Positions 10,180 to 19,457 of a stretch of 64,000 nucleotides of DNA are shown here, piece by piece (within the stretch, counting starts at the first letter, position 1; each line of letters opens with the position of its first letter). The translations under genes were made by a program, and so were the position numbers. Source of the stretch: Phycisphaerae bacterium (GTDB lineage Bacteria > Planctomycetota > Phycisphaerae > UBA1845 > Fen-1342); NCBI GenBank assembly GCA_050115495.1, contig JASFQK010000023.1, positions 31,291 to 95,290 of the forward strand, given 5' to 3'. The notes below the pieces were generated by a model. It saw nothing but the letters and a program-made list of their open reading frames with translations. It had not been told where the DNA came from and ran no database searches.

Positions 10180-11063
10180 CAGCGTACCTCCGCCGTGCCA
10201 GCCACGGGCCGCGGTCGCTCCGGTGCCGGGGTGGCGGCTGGAGCCGGGGCTTCCTCGATGATCAGCTTCACGCGGTACTTGCGGCCCTCGTGCATGAAGA
10301 AGGCCGAATCGCCGCGGAGGAAGGTACGGGCGCGGATGATGTCGAGCAGATCGCCGGCGCGGTAGGTGCGTTCGAGGTCGATGGCGGAATGCGGCTCGAT
10401 CTCGCGGGCCCAGTGGAACGTGCCGCCGTCGGGCGGTTGCGGCCGGGGCGTGAAGTCGAGCGTCGTCAGCCGCGCGTACGAGTCCTTGAAGAGCTGCACG
10501 ACCTCGCGGACGCCGCGTTCGTAGAGCGTGTCGCCGGTGTCGTGGATGTACACGGGCAGCTCGCGCTGGAAGAGGATGGGGCCGGTGTCGATGCCCTCGT
10601 CGAGCAGGTGGACGCTGACGCCGAAGGGGGTGTGCTCGACGACCGACCAGTAGTAGCCGTGCTTGCCGCGGCCGTAGGGCAGCAGCGTCGGATGGAGGTT
10701 CGCCCAGCCGATGCCGGGCGCGGCCAGTGCTTCTTTCTTCACGATCGACGGCCACCACGCCAGGATGACCAGATCGATACGCCGCTCGCGGAGCCGGGTG
10801 ATGAACGCCGGCTCGTTGACGTTTACGCGCCGGTGGCACTCGACGCCGCGCTCGTCGCACAGGGCCGCGATGCGGGCCTCGTACGGCGAATCGTCGCGGT
10901 CGCAGGTAGCCACGAACTCGATCGGATAAGGCTGCGCCAGCACGAAGCCGGCCACCTCGCAGCCCGGATGAAAGGCCGCACAGACGGCGATACGCGGACG
11001 CTTCCGGTTAGCGGCGGCGTCCGCGGGTTGGTTTGCCGCGTGGGCTCGCTCGCTCGCGCTCAT
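10179..11063 (-). CDS. Nucleotide-sugar N-formyltransferase
   Basis: NLHPTLLPYGRG (HxSLLP-like) and HLLDEGIDTGPIL; short C-terminal domain IDLERTY...IRARTF...YRVKLIIEE. Confidence 0.85.
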   Translation of the reverse strand: MSASERAHAANQPADAAANRKRPRIAVCAAFHPGCEVAGFVLAQPYPIEFVATCDRDDSPYEARIAALCDERGVECHRRVNVNEPAFITRLRERRIDLVILAWWPSIVKKEALAAPGIGWANLHPTLLPYGRGKHGYYWSVVEHTPFGVSVHLLDEGIDTGPILFQRELPVYIHDTGDTLYERGVREVVQLFKDSYARLTTLDFTPRPQPPDGGTFHWAREIEPHSAIDLERTYRAGDLLDIIRARTFLRGDSAFFMHEGRKYRVKLIIEEAPAPAATPAPERPRPVAGTAEVR

Positions 11064-11518
11064 TTGATCGGCGGTCCCTTCTGCCAGTCGTAGCCGATGA
11101 CCGGGTCGTCGTGCGGGATACGGCCCTCGTCCTGCGGGTCGTAGATGCGCGACGTGACATACAGCAGGTGCGCGGGCCCGAGCAGGCAGCGGCAGCCGTG
11201 GGCCACGCCGGGCGGAATCCGCACCACGCGGGCCGGCTGATGATCGCCCATCATCAGCTCCATCGTCTCGCCCTTGGTGGGCGAGTCCGGCCGCGTGTCG
11301 TAGAGGGCCACTTTCAGCGTGCCCGCCGCCACGTACCACCAGTCGACCTGGTGGGCGTGGACGTGCCAGGCCTTGGCCACGCCGGTGTGCATCAGCGAGT
11401 GGCTCCACTGGCCGAAGCCCTCGCCGAAGAACTCGTCGGTCACGCGGATGATCTCGCGGAAGAAGCCGCGCTCGTCCGTGTGCGTTACCAGTTCCTGGAC
11501 CACGACGCCGTCAATCAT
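11060..11518 (-). CDS. RmlC-like cupin (dTDP-sugar epimerase/isomerase family)
   Basis: DERGFFRE, KAWHVH, IPPGVAHG, DPVIGYDW. Confidence 0.85.
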   Translation of the reverse strand: MIDGVVVQELVTHTDERGFFREIIRVTDEFFGEGFGQWSHSLMHTGVAKAWHVHAHQVDWWYVAAGTLKVALYDTRPDSPTKGETMELMMGDHQPARVVRIPPGVAHGCRCLLGPAHLLYVTSRIYDPQDEGRIPHDDPVIGYDWQKGPPIK

Positions 11519-11598
11519 GGGCGACAGACTCCCATCTGGTCATTGTGCCTGCGTAGCCCAACCGGCCAGCATCGCCCGGTGAGCCGGGCGGCGGCCTC

Positions 11599-12288
11599 CT
11601 ACGCAGTCTGATCTTGGGGACGCGAGGCCTGGTTCACGAAATCGACGCAGATCGCGTAGGCCTGCTCCCAGAAGTGGTGGGTGCGAATGTCGGCTACGGG
11701 CCGACCGGCGGCGGTGCGGATGAAGGCCAGCAGCCGGGGCAGCGAGTAGAAGTTGTTATAGAAGCGCTGGTGGTCCCATCGCTCCGACGGCTCAGAGAAC
11801 TGGATCTGGTCCTCGGCCTTGTCGGTGAACCAGCTCACCAGCACCAGCTTGTCGCGAGTGATGCGGAGCAGTTCGCCCACGGCGTCGGCGTAATTCGGCA
11901 GGTGCTGGATCACGTGCACGTTGAGCACCTGCGGGATGGCGCGGTCGGGGATGGCCAGGCGGAAGATGTCCAGTTCGTTGAAGGTCACGTTGGGCAGACG
12001 GTTCCGGGCGATCTCGAGCATCTTGCGGCTGATGTCGCCGCCGGTGTAGCGGTCGGGACGAGTCAGACCCCGTTGGAGCAGCGTCTGGCAGATGAGGCCC
12101 GAGCCGCAGCCGACCTCGAGAATGTTCTCGTTGGGCGAGATCTCGGTGGCCAGGTAGTTACCTAGCTGGTCGCGCCAGCCCTGCTCGTTCTTGACCCAGT
12201 ACTCGTCGATGCAGGCCGTGGCCTGACCGTTGTCCCAGTTCTGCCAGGGGCGTTCGCCGAACACGTCCACGTTCTCTTCCATCGACAT
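11599..12288 (-). CDS. Class I SAM-dependent methyltransferase
   Basis: ILEVGCGSG, GGDISRKMLEIAR, HVIQHLP. Confidence 0.85.
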   Translation of the reverse strand: MSMEENVDVFGERPWQNWDNGQATACIDEYWVKNEQGWRDQLGNYLATEISPNENILEVGCGSGLICQTLLQRGLTRPDRYTGGDISRKMLEIARNRLPNVTFNELDIFRLAIPDRAIPQVLNVHVIQHLPNYADAVGELLRITRDKLVLVSWFTDKAEDQIQFSEPSERWDHQRFYNNFYSLPRLLAFIRTAAGRPVADIRTHHFWEQAYAICVDFVNQASRPQDQTA

Positions 12289-12380
12289 CAGCAACCTCGC
12301 TTTCAGGCCCGGTCCAGGCCGGGCGAAGGACTGCAAACACTCCCAGGGGCCGCCCGGCGCGCTGCGCGCGGGCGGACGAT

Positions 12381-13604
12381 CTACGTTTCCTGAATTCCGG
12401 TCAGCGCCGGCTCCCGAACCGGCGTTGGCGCCGCCGCCGGACGCGACTCGGTCTGGCGGCTGAGTATCGAGCGTAAGCTCGTGGCCACGCGCTGGACGTC
12501 GGTGTGCCGCAGGCGCAGGTGCATGGGCAGCGACATCAGCCGGGCGCTGGCCCGGGCGGCGCGGCGGCACGTACCGGCGGCATGCGCGTACATGCGGTAG
12601 GTCGTATTGTCGTGATAGTGCACGCCGGGGTGGATGCCGGCCTCGTTAAGGGCCAGCAAAACTTCATCGCGACGGTCGACCTGCACCTGGTACAGGTGGC
12701 GGGCGGGTTCGCACTCGGGCGACATGGGCACGATTTCGAGGCCGGGTGTGCCGGCGAGCAACTCGTCGTACCACGCCGCGATCTGCCGCCGGTAGGCGTT
12801 GTCGACGTCGAGGTATTGCAGGGCGACCAGGCCGATGGCGGCCATGATCGAGTTGCCGTGATACTTGAAGCCGACGTGCTCGACGTCGTAGCGCCAGCGG
12901 TAGGCGCCACTCGTCGCCGTGCGCGAATACGTATCCTTGTTGATGCCCAGCCAGGAGTACTTGCGAGCTTCGGCGTCGAGGGCGGCGTCGGCGAGGCAGA
13001 GCATGCCCGCGTCCGCCGTCGGCAGGTTCTTGACGGCCTGGAAGCTGAATACGGCGGCGTCGGCCTCGGCTCCGACGTGCGCGCCGCCCCGCCAGCGGGT
13101 CCCGCTCATGTGGGCGGCGTCGAGCACGAAGCGGAGGTTGTGCTCTTCGCAGATCTGCTGCACGTCGCGCAGCCCGCCGGCGTTGCCGCCCATGCCGACG
13201 AAGATGACCGCCCGGGTGCGGTCGGTGATGCGCTCGCGGATCGAAGTCGGGTCGAGGCAGAGTGTTTCGTCGACGTCGGCGAAGACCGGGCGCAGGTTCT
13301 CGTACAGGATGGCGTGATTCGTCGAGACGAAGGTCAACGGCGTGGTGATGACCTCATCGCTATCGCGCCAGCCGTCCGCTTCCTTGAACAGGCGCAGGGC
13401 CAGGTGCAGGCCGGCGGTGTTCGAGTTGAGCATGTGTGCATGCGGCAGGGCGGTGTAACGGCACCAGGCCTCCTCGAACGTCACCGTCTTGAAGCCCAGG
13501 CCGGTCCAGCCGCATTCGAGGCAGGCACGGATCTCGGCCAGCGTTTCGTCGATGCGATACGTCGGCACGAATAGCTGAATGGGCTCTAGTGCGTCGGACA
13601 ACAC
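12381..13604 (-). CDS. DegT/DnrJ/EryC1/StrS-family sugar aminotransferase
   Basis: SNTAGLHLAL, TTPLTFVST, VLDAAH, FSFQAVKNL (PLP lysine); start GTG 13604 or TTG 13601. Confidence 0.92.
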   Translation of the reverse strand: MLSDALEPIQLFVPTYRIDETLAEIRACLECGWTGLGFKTVTFEEAWCRYTALPHAHMLNSNTAGLHLALRLFKEADGWRDSDEVITTPLTFVSTNHAILYENLRPVFADVDETLCLDPTSIRERITDRTRAVIFVGMGGNAGGLRDVQQICEEHNLRFVLDAAHMSGTRWRGGAHVGAEADAAVFSFQAVKNLPTADAGMLCLADAALDAEARKYSWLGINKDTYSRTATSGAYRWRYDVEHVGFKYHGNSIMAAIGLVALQYLDVDNAYRRQIAAWYDELLAGTPGLEIVPMSPECEPARHLYQVQVDRRDEVLLALNEAGIHPGVHYHDNTTYRMYAHAAGTCRRAARASARLMSLPMHLRLRHTDVQRVATSLRSILSRQTESRPAAAPTPVREPALTGIQET

Positions 13605-14638
13605 ACTTCTCCTTCCACCATCACGGGCGGCGGCGGGGCGGATTCTTCCGTCGGCGGCCGGAGCCGGTCCTCGATCAACTCCGCCATCTGCCGGGCCCGG
13701 GCGTAGCAGTTGTGCCGGGACTGGACGAGCCGGTGGCCGGCGTCGGCGATGGTCTGCCGCTCGTCCTCGTGAGCCAGGTAGTAGGCGACCTGGTCGAGCA
13801 GGTCGTCCTCGGTGACGGGCACGTAGTGCGTGCCGGCGATCAGGCCGCTCCGGGCGGCGCCGATCGGCGTCGGCATCAGCAGCATGGTGCGCGAGGCGAG
13901 GGCCTCGTAGACCTTGGCGTGCAGGTTGCCCCAGCGGCCGCCCGTCGTGACGAACATGCGACACGAGTTGATCGCCCGCGAGAAGTTGCGGCCGACCAGC
14001 GCCGTACCGTGGCGGTGATAGCCGAAGCCAGGATGTTTCGCGCTGAGGTAGCGGAGGCCGCGGGCGCTCAGCAGCTTCTCGTGCATGACGCGCCGCTCGG
14101 GATAGAAGTGGGTCGGCTCGGTCGTGCCGGCGGCCAGGAAGCCCACGTCGTAGACCTTCGGCTCCTGCCAGTCGTTGAAGAGACGCGGGTCGATGCAGGG
14201 CGGCAGGTAGAGGAAGCGGTCGGCGATCGTCGTATGGCCCCAGATCTGCTGCGGCTGCGGGAAGTAGGTCAGGATGTAGGTGATGCGGGCTTGCTCGACG
14301 ATCTCCACGAACTCGTCGAGGTAGTGGTCGGAGACGTCCCAGTAGTCGCCCAGCACGAACGCCGTCGGACAGCCCACGTCGGCGATGCCGGGGTGGGGGA
14401 AGCTGCGGTGATCGCGGCGGTAGTCGAAGCTGGCGATGAGCAGGTCCGGCTTCTGGTCGCCCCAGGCGTGGCGGACAATCTCCGGGTACGAGCGGCGGAG
14501 CGGTCCCCAGGGCAGGTAGCCGGGATAGCCCCGGCCGAAGCAGCGCGTATCGAACATGGCCCGCAGCCCGGTGCGGAACGCTTCGTGGCACTTCGCCAGG
14601 TAGCGCGACAGGTTATGCCCCTGCACAAGAATGCGCAT
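13586..14638 (-). CDS. Glycosyltransferase (CgeB/Glyco_trans_1_2-like)
   Basis: YDVGFL, KVYEALAS, YYLAHEDERQTIADAG...HNCYARA; GGAGGT RBS 8 nt before ATG 14638. Confidence 0.8.
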   Translation of the reverse strand: MRILVQGHNLSRYLAKCHEAFRTGLRAMFDTRCFGRGYPGYLPWGPLRRSYPEIVRHAWGDQKPDLLIASFDYRRDHRSFPHPGIADVGCPTAFVLGDYWDVSDHYLDEFVEIVEQARITYILTYFPQPQQIWGHTTIADRFLYLPPCIDPRLFNDWQEPKVYDVGFLAAGTTEPTHFYPERRVMHEKLLSARGLRYLSAKHPGFGYHRHGTALVGRNFSRAINSCRMFVTTGGRWGNLHAKVYEALASRTMLLMPTPIGAARSGLIAGTHYVPVTEDDLLDQVAYYLAHEDERQTIADAGHRLVQSRHNCYARARQMAELIEDRLRPPTEESAPPPPVMVEGEVCCPTH

Positions 14639-15971
14639 GCGCATCCACCTCCGTCGTCCAGGGAATGTGCGGGGCCAGTCGGACGCCGATGCGGCCGCTC
14701 TGGGCGTAGGCGTTGCGGACGCGTCCGGTGTCCGCGGCGCTGATGGGGATGCGTACGGCCTGTCCGTCGAAGCAGTGGCGGACATTCTCGACGGCGGCGC
14801 CGATCGCGAGGCGATAGGGGATCGGGGCCAGCAGGTCGCCGGGGATGGTCGCCCGCGAGACGTAACGGCCCGGGGCGAGATAGGGCAATTCGCTGCCGTC
14901 GGAGTGCGAGAAGCTGCGGAACAGGCCGACGTCCTCGGTGTCCGTGAGCAGCAGGCTCAGCCGCAGCCCGTGTGTGCCGGCGAGCACGTCGTACTCGACG
15001 ATGACCTCGATCGGGCGGTCGGTGGCGAAGTGCGTGCGGGCGGAGCCGTCCTGGTACAGCGACACGTTGCGCAGGCGGATGGCCGGGTCGGCGGGCAGAG
15101 CGGCAATCAGGGCGTCCACGTCGAGGGCGTCGCCCGTGTCGGCGGCCAGTTGGAGATAGTCGTCGACCACGCCCGGTGTCGGCCCGGACGAGACGATCTT
15201 GCCATCTCGCAGCAGAATCGCCCGCGGGCACAGGTGCCGCACCGCCGGCATGTGGTGGCTGACGAACACGACCGTCCGGCCCTGGGCTCGCGCGTCACGC
15301 ATCCGGCCCAGTGATTTCTTCTGGAAAGCCACGTCGCCGACGGCCAGCACCTCGTCGACGATGAGAATGTCCGGTTCGAGATGCGCCGCGACGGCGAAGG
15401 CCAGCCGCGTGTGCATGCCGCTGGAGTAGCGTTTCACCGGTGTGTCGAGGAACTTGTCGACCTCGGCGAAAGCCACGATCTCGTCGAAGCGGGAGCGGAT
15501 CTCGGCCTTAGTCATGCCCAGAATCGCACCGGCGAGATAGACGTTCTCGCGGCCGGTGAGCTCGGGGTGGAAGCCGGTGCCGACCTCGAGCAGCGACGCG
15601 ACCCGCCCGCGGATGGTGATGCGGCCGAGCGTCGGCTCGGTGATGCGGCTGAGGATCTTCAGCAGCGTGCTCTTGCCCGCCCCGTTGCAGCCGATGACGC
15701 CCAGCGCCTCGCCCTCGGTGACCTCGAAGGAGATGTCGTCCAGCGCCCAGAACTCATCGCGGCCGTCGTCCGACCCGGCGCAGCGGGACCACGGTCGGGC
15801 GAGCAGCCGGCCGAAACGTTGTGCGGCGTGCGTCAGGGCTTCGCGCAATTGCCCCGTGGAGCGGCGACCGATGCGGTACCGCTTGCTGAGGTGCTCAACC
15901 CTGATGGCCGCGCCGGACAAACCCGTCTCCTGTGACGCCCGCCGACTTCCTGTAGCGTCCGGGCTCTGCAC
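14613..15971 (-). CDS. wzt: Polysaccharide ABC transporter ATP-binding protein with C-terminal Wzt_C-like domain
   Basis: GCNGAGKST, GTGFHPELTGREN, YSSGM, IVDEVLAVGD; C-terminal extension. Confidence 0.92.
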   Translation of the reverse strand: MQSPDATGSRRASQETGLSGAAIRVEHLSKRYRIGRRSTGQLREALTHAAQRFGRLLARPWSRCAGSDDGRDEFWALDDISFEVTEGEALGVIGCNGAGKSTLLKILSRITEPTLGRITIRGRVASLLEVGTGFHPELTGRENVYLAGAILGMTKAEIRSRFDEIVAFAEVDKFLDTPVKRYSSGMHTRLAFAVAAHLEPDILIVDEVLAVGDVAFQKKSLGRMRDARAQGRTVVFVSHHMPAVRHLCPRAILLRDGKIVSSGPTPGVVDDYLQLAADTGDALDVDALIAALPADPAIRLRNVSLYQDGSARTHFATDRPIEVIVEYDVLAGTHGLRLSLLLTDTEDVGLFRSFSHSDGSELPYLAPGRYVSRATIPGDLLAPIPYRLAIGAAVENVRHCFDGQAVRIPISAADTGRVRNAYAQSGRIGVRLAPHIPWTTEVDAHAHSCAGA

Positions 15972-15989
15972 CGGACGTCTTCCCGCGTT

Positions 15990-16814
15990 CTAAATCACGT
16001 CGGCGAACGAACGTTCCGTCCGCCGGAAGTGCCGCACACCGGCCCAGAGCATCGCGCCGATGGTGACCGTGGAGATCACCTGCGCCGGCCAATACAGCGG
16101 CTGGTTGCCCGGCAGCAGGCAGTACCGAAAGCCGTCGATCACGCCGACCATGGGGTTCAGTGAGAACAGCAGCCGCCATTGATCGGGCACGACGCCGCTG
16201 GCGTAACCCACCGGCGAGATGTAGAGCCCGAATTGGGCGATGAACGGCACGATGTGGCCGAAGTCGCGGTACTTGACGTTGAGCGCTCCGAACCAGAGTC
16301 CCACGCCCAGTGCCGCCGCCAGGGCCAGCAGCGTGAACCACGGTAACAGCACGATCCGCCAGCCCGGCCACACGCCGAACCAGCCCATCAGCACCACCAG
16401 CAGGACGCCGGCGATCCCGAAATCCACGAGGTTGCCGATCAGCCGGCTGAGCGGAATCACCAGCCGGGGGAAGTACACCTTGGAGATCAGCCCCGCGCTG
16501 CCGACCAAGCTGCCCGACGTATTGCTCAGGGCGGCGGAGAAGAGCTGCCACGGAACCAGTCCCGCCAGCACCAGCACGCCGTAGGGGATGCCGGCGGAGC
16601 TCAGCTTGGCGATGCGGCTGAAGACGAAGGTGAGGACGATCATGGTCAGCAGTGGCCGGAGGATCGACCAGAGCACGCCGACGGTGGTCTGCCTGTAGCG
16701 CAGCAGGATGTCGCGCCAGGCGAGAAACAGCAGAAGCTCGCGTGAACGCCACAGATCGTGCCAATAGCGCAGGTCCGGGCGTCCCGCTTCAATGGTGATC
16801 GTCGCGGGCTGCAT
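15990..16814 (-). CDS. wzm: Polysaccharide ABC transporter permease
   Basis: RDILLRYRQT, LISKVYFPR, NVKYRD, LNPM, ERSFADVI. Confidence 0.93.
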   Translation of the reverse strand: MQPATITIEAGRPDLRYWHDLWRSRELLLFLAWRDILLRYRQTTVGVLWSILRPLLTMIVLTFVFSRIAKLSSAGIPYGVLVLAGLVPWQLFSAALSNTSGSLVGSAGLISKVYFPRLVIPLSRLIGNLVDFGIAGVLLVVLMGWFGVWPGWRIVLLPWFTLLALAAALGVGLWFGALNVKYRDFGHIVPFIAQFGLYISPVGYASGVVPDQWRLLFSLNPMVGVIDGFRYCLLPGNQPLYWPAQVISTVTIGAMLWAGVRHFRRTERSFADVI

Positions 16815-16999
16815 GCCGAGCTATATCGGACGACTTAGTACACAGATAGAGTCAAACCGCGTCCCCGGGACGAGCGACGCGCCGCGGCATCCGCGGTCGC
16901 CTCTGCTGCGTCTGTCGGCCGGTTGTGACGATGCACCGCCAGGGCTGGCGCAGATGTTGCGCGATTGACGGCATTTCGGCCCCGCATTGTTGGGGGTGT

Positions 17000-17027
17000 T
17001 CACCCAACGCGGGGGCATGTCCGATAG
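17000..17027 (+). promoter_or_regulatory. Candidate sigma28-like promoter
   Basis: TCAC-N16-TCCGATAG upstream of the GT4 gene. Confidence 0.4.
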
Positions 17028-17084
17028 GCAAGGGTGTTGCCGGCCGGCGCCGAGCCGCGCCGGGCTTGCGCAGCGACACCAGCG

Positions 17085-18398
17085 ATGACCATATCGGCTC
17101 CTCCTCGGCGTGTTTGTTCTGTCAGCGCCACGGCGCTGCCGCGGGAGGTGAGCGCGCCGCCGCCGGCCCGCTCGCTGCGGATCGCGTTCATCACGCCGGA
17201 GTTCGTCACCGAGTCTTCACGCGACGGCGGTCTGGCCAACTTCGTGAACCGCCTCACGCAGGCGCTCCTCGCCTGCGGGCACCAGCCGGACGTCTTCACC
17301 CTCAGCAAGCAGCAGCCGACGGAGATCGATTTCGGCGGCGTGCGCGTGTATCGCACGTGGCCGCGACGCCATCCGCCGTTGCGGCGGCTCTCGCAGTGGC
17401 TGTCGCGGTTGCACTGGCGGTTGCGTTTTCCGCTGCCGCTGCCGCGGACGCACCACTATGTGTACGGGGCGCTTGCACTCGGCGAGCTCTTCAACCGCTG
17501 GGACCGCGTGCACCGCTATGACCTGGTGCACACGTCGGATTACGGCATGGCGGGGTTGTTCGTGCCGCACAGCGATGACCGCGTGCACGTGGCGCGGAGC
17601 AGCTCGACGAGCGACCTGTTCCCGCGTGTGCTGGGCCGGCCGCGTTCGATCGATTTGCGGGTCATCGCGGCGCTCGAGCGGCGGTGTTTGCGCCGGGCGG
17701 ACGTCGCCTATGCCCCAAGCGAGACGACGGCTCGGCACTACGCCGACCGCCACCGGTTACGGCTGAACGTTGTTCGTCCACCATTTTTGCTGGAGGCGCG
17801 GCCGGCGGCGGAAGTGCCGGCCGATGTGCCGCCGCGGTACATGCTGCACTTCGGCACGTTGGGCCCGATAAAAGGTACGGATTGGCTGGCGGCGACGTTG
17901 CCGCACGTGTGGGCGCAGGAGCCGGAGTTTGCGCTTGTGCTCGCTGGCAAGGAGGCGGATCCGGGTTTGGTGGCGAGTTGGCGGAAGCAGTGGGGCACGC
18001 ACGCGGGCCGCGTTTTCTGGCTCGGCAGTCTGCGAAAGCCGGACCTGTACGCCGTCTTGCGGGGGGCGGTGGCGACGATACTGCCGTCACGTTGTGATAA
18101 TTTTCCCAACACGGCCCTGGAGAGCCTGGCGCTCGGCGTGCCCGTGATTGGCACCAACGGGGCCAGCCTGGACGAACTCGTCGAGCCCGGCGGCAGCGGC
18201 GAGCTGGTGCCGGTCGATGACGTCCCGGCGCTGGCGGATGTGCTGTTGCGGGCGTGGCGTGGCGAGGTGCCATGGGTGGGGGCGGGCTTCCGGCCGCCGC
18301 GAATTCTGGAAGAGACGCGTCCGGAGTTGGCGGTGGCTCGATTGCTGGAGCTGGCGCGGGTGGGGCAGCGCTCGGGCGCGGTTACGGCGGGTATCTGA
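17085..18398 (+). CDS. Glycosyltransferase family 4
   Basis: RIAFITPEF...GGLA; FGTLGPIKG; DNFPNTALESLALGVPVIGT; start uncertain. Confidence 0.88.
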   Translation: MTISAPPRRVCSVSATALPREVSAPPPARSLRIAFITPEFVTESSRDGGLANFVNRLTQALLACGHQPDVFTLSKQQPTEIDFGGVRVYRTWPRRHPPLRRLSQWLSRLHWRLRFPLPLPRTHHYVYGALALGELFNRWDRVHRYDLVHTSDYGMAGLFVPHSDDRVHVARSSSTSDLFPRVLGRPRSIDLRVIAALERRCLRRADVAYAPSETTARHYADRHRLRLNVVRPPFLLEARPAAEVPADVPPRYMLHFGTLGPIKGTDWLAATLPHVWAQEPEFALVLAGKEADPGLVASWRKQWGTHAGRVFWLGSLRKPDLYAVLRGAVATILPSRCDNFPNTALESLALGVPVIGTNGASLDELVEPGGSGELVPVDDVPALADVLLRAWRGEVPWVGAGFRPPRILEETRPELAVARLLELARVGQRSGAVTAGI

Positions 18399-18423
18399 AG
18401 CGCTCCCCAGCGAGACCCGATAG
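18396..18423 (+). promoter_or_regulatory. Candidate sigma28-like promoter
   Basis: TGAA-N16-CCCGATAG upstream of the GT2 triplet. Confidence 0.4.
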
Positions 18424-18503
18424 TAACTCTGGTTCTGACCCGGACGCCGATACCGCGCGCACGCGGCGGCGCGACGGGTTGTGTTCTGCGCAGGTGTCGC
18501 GGC

Positions 18504-19445
18504 ATGGATTGCGCCCCGACGAAACCCAACGGTCGCGTCAGTATCGTGATCCCGACGTACAACCGGGCGCACCTGCTGGCGCAGGCCATCGACAGCGCTC
18601 TGCGCCAGACGGCCGCCGGCCGGTGCGACGTCGTCGTCGTCGACGACGGGAGCACGGACGAGACGGCGAAGGTCGCGGCGCGGTACGGGTCGCGGATCGA
18701 GTACATCTGGCAGGGCAACGGCGGGCTGGCGGCGGCGAGAAACACGGGGATCAGTGCCCTCGGCAACGAGTTTGCCGCCTTTCTCGACGACGACGATGAA
18801 TGGACGCCGGACAAGACCGAGCGGCAGATTGCCGTGATGGAGCGCTGGCCGGAGGTGGTGTTCGTGGCGGGGCGGGCGCTGAGGCGGTTTGCGGACGGCC
18901 GGACGTTGCCGCATCCGGACCCGCCGGTGCCGTTCAACGAGCCGACCGATTTCGCGCCGTTGCTGATGGCCCGGAGCTGCCTGGTGGTGCCGATGCTGCT
19001 CGTGCGGCGGCAGTACCTGGAACAGACGGGGCTGTTCTGCGAGCGGCTGCGGCGGGTTGAGGATTATCACATGTGGACGCGGCTGGCGTGTCGCGGGCCG
19101 TGCGTCTACATGGATGTGCCGGTGACGACGTATGCGGTGGAGACGCCGGGGGCGTTGACGCGCGATGAGGAGGGCATGCGCCAGGGAGAGCTCGCGGCCC
19201 GCCGGTTGTTGCGGCGTGAGCTGCGCTGGCGGCCGGACTGCCGGGATGTGTGGCGGCGGGGGATCGCGGATCACCTGCGGATGATGCGCGATCGGGCGTA
19301 CCGGGATCGGCGGTACCTGGCCTCGGCGCGGTACGGGATCGAGTCGCTGTGGTACTGGCCGCGAGAGCGGGAGCGGTGGGAATGGGGTAAGCCGTTGCGG
19401 GCGTTGTGGCGGGCCGTTGTGCCATCGCCGGCCGTGCCTGATTGA
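18504..19445 (+). CDS. Glycosyltransferase family 2 (paralog 1 of 3)
   Basis: VSIVIPTYNRA, VVDDGSTD, AARNTG, FLDDDD, ED motif. Confidence 0.92.
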   Translation: MDCAPTKPNGRVSIVIPTYNRAHLLAQAIDSALRQTAAGRCDVVVVDDGSTDETAKVAARYGSRIEYIWQGNGGLAAARNTGISALGNEFAAFLDDDDEWTPDKTERQIAVMERWPEVVFVAGRALRRFADGRTLPHPDPPVPFNEPTDFAPLLMARSCLVVPMLLVRRQYLEQTGLFCERLRRVEDYHMWTRLACRGPCVYMDVPVTTYAVETPGALTRDEEGMRQGELAARRLLRRELRWRPDCRDVWRRGIADHLRMMRDRAYRDRRYLASARYGIESLWYWPRERERWEWGKPLRALWRAVVPSPAVPD

Positions 19446-19457
19446 GAGGATGCGTTC

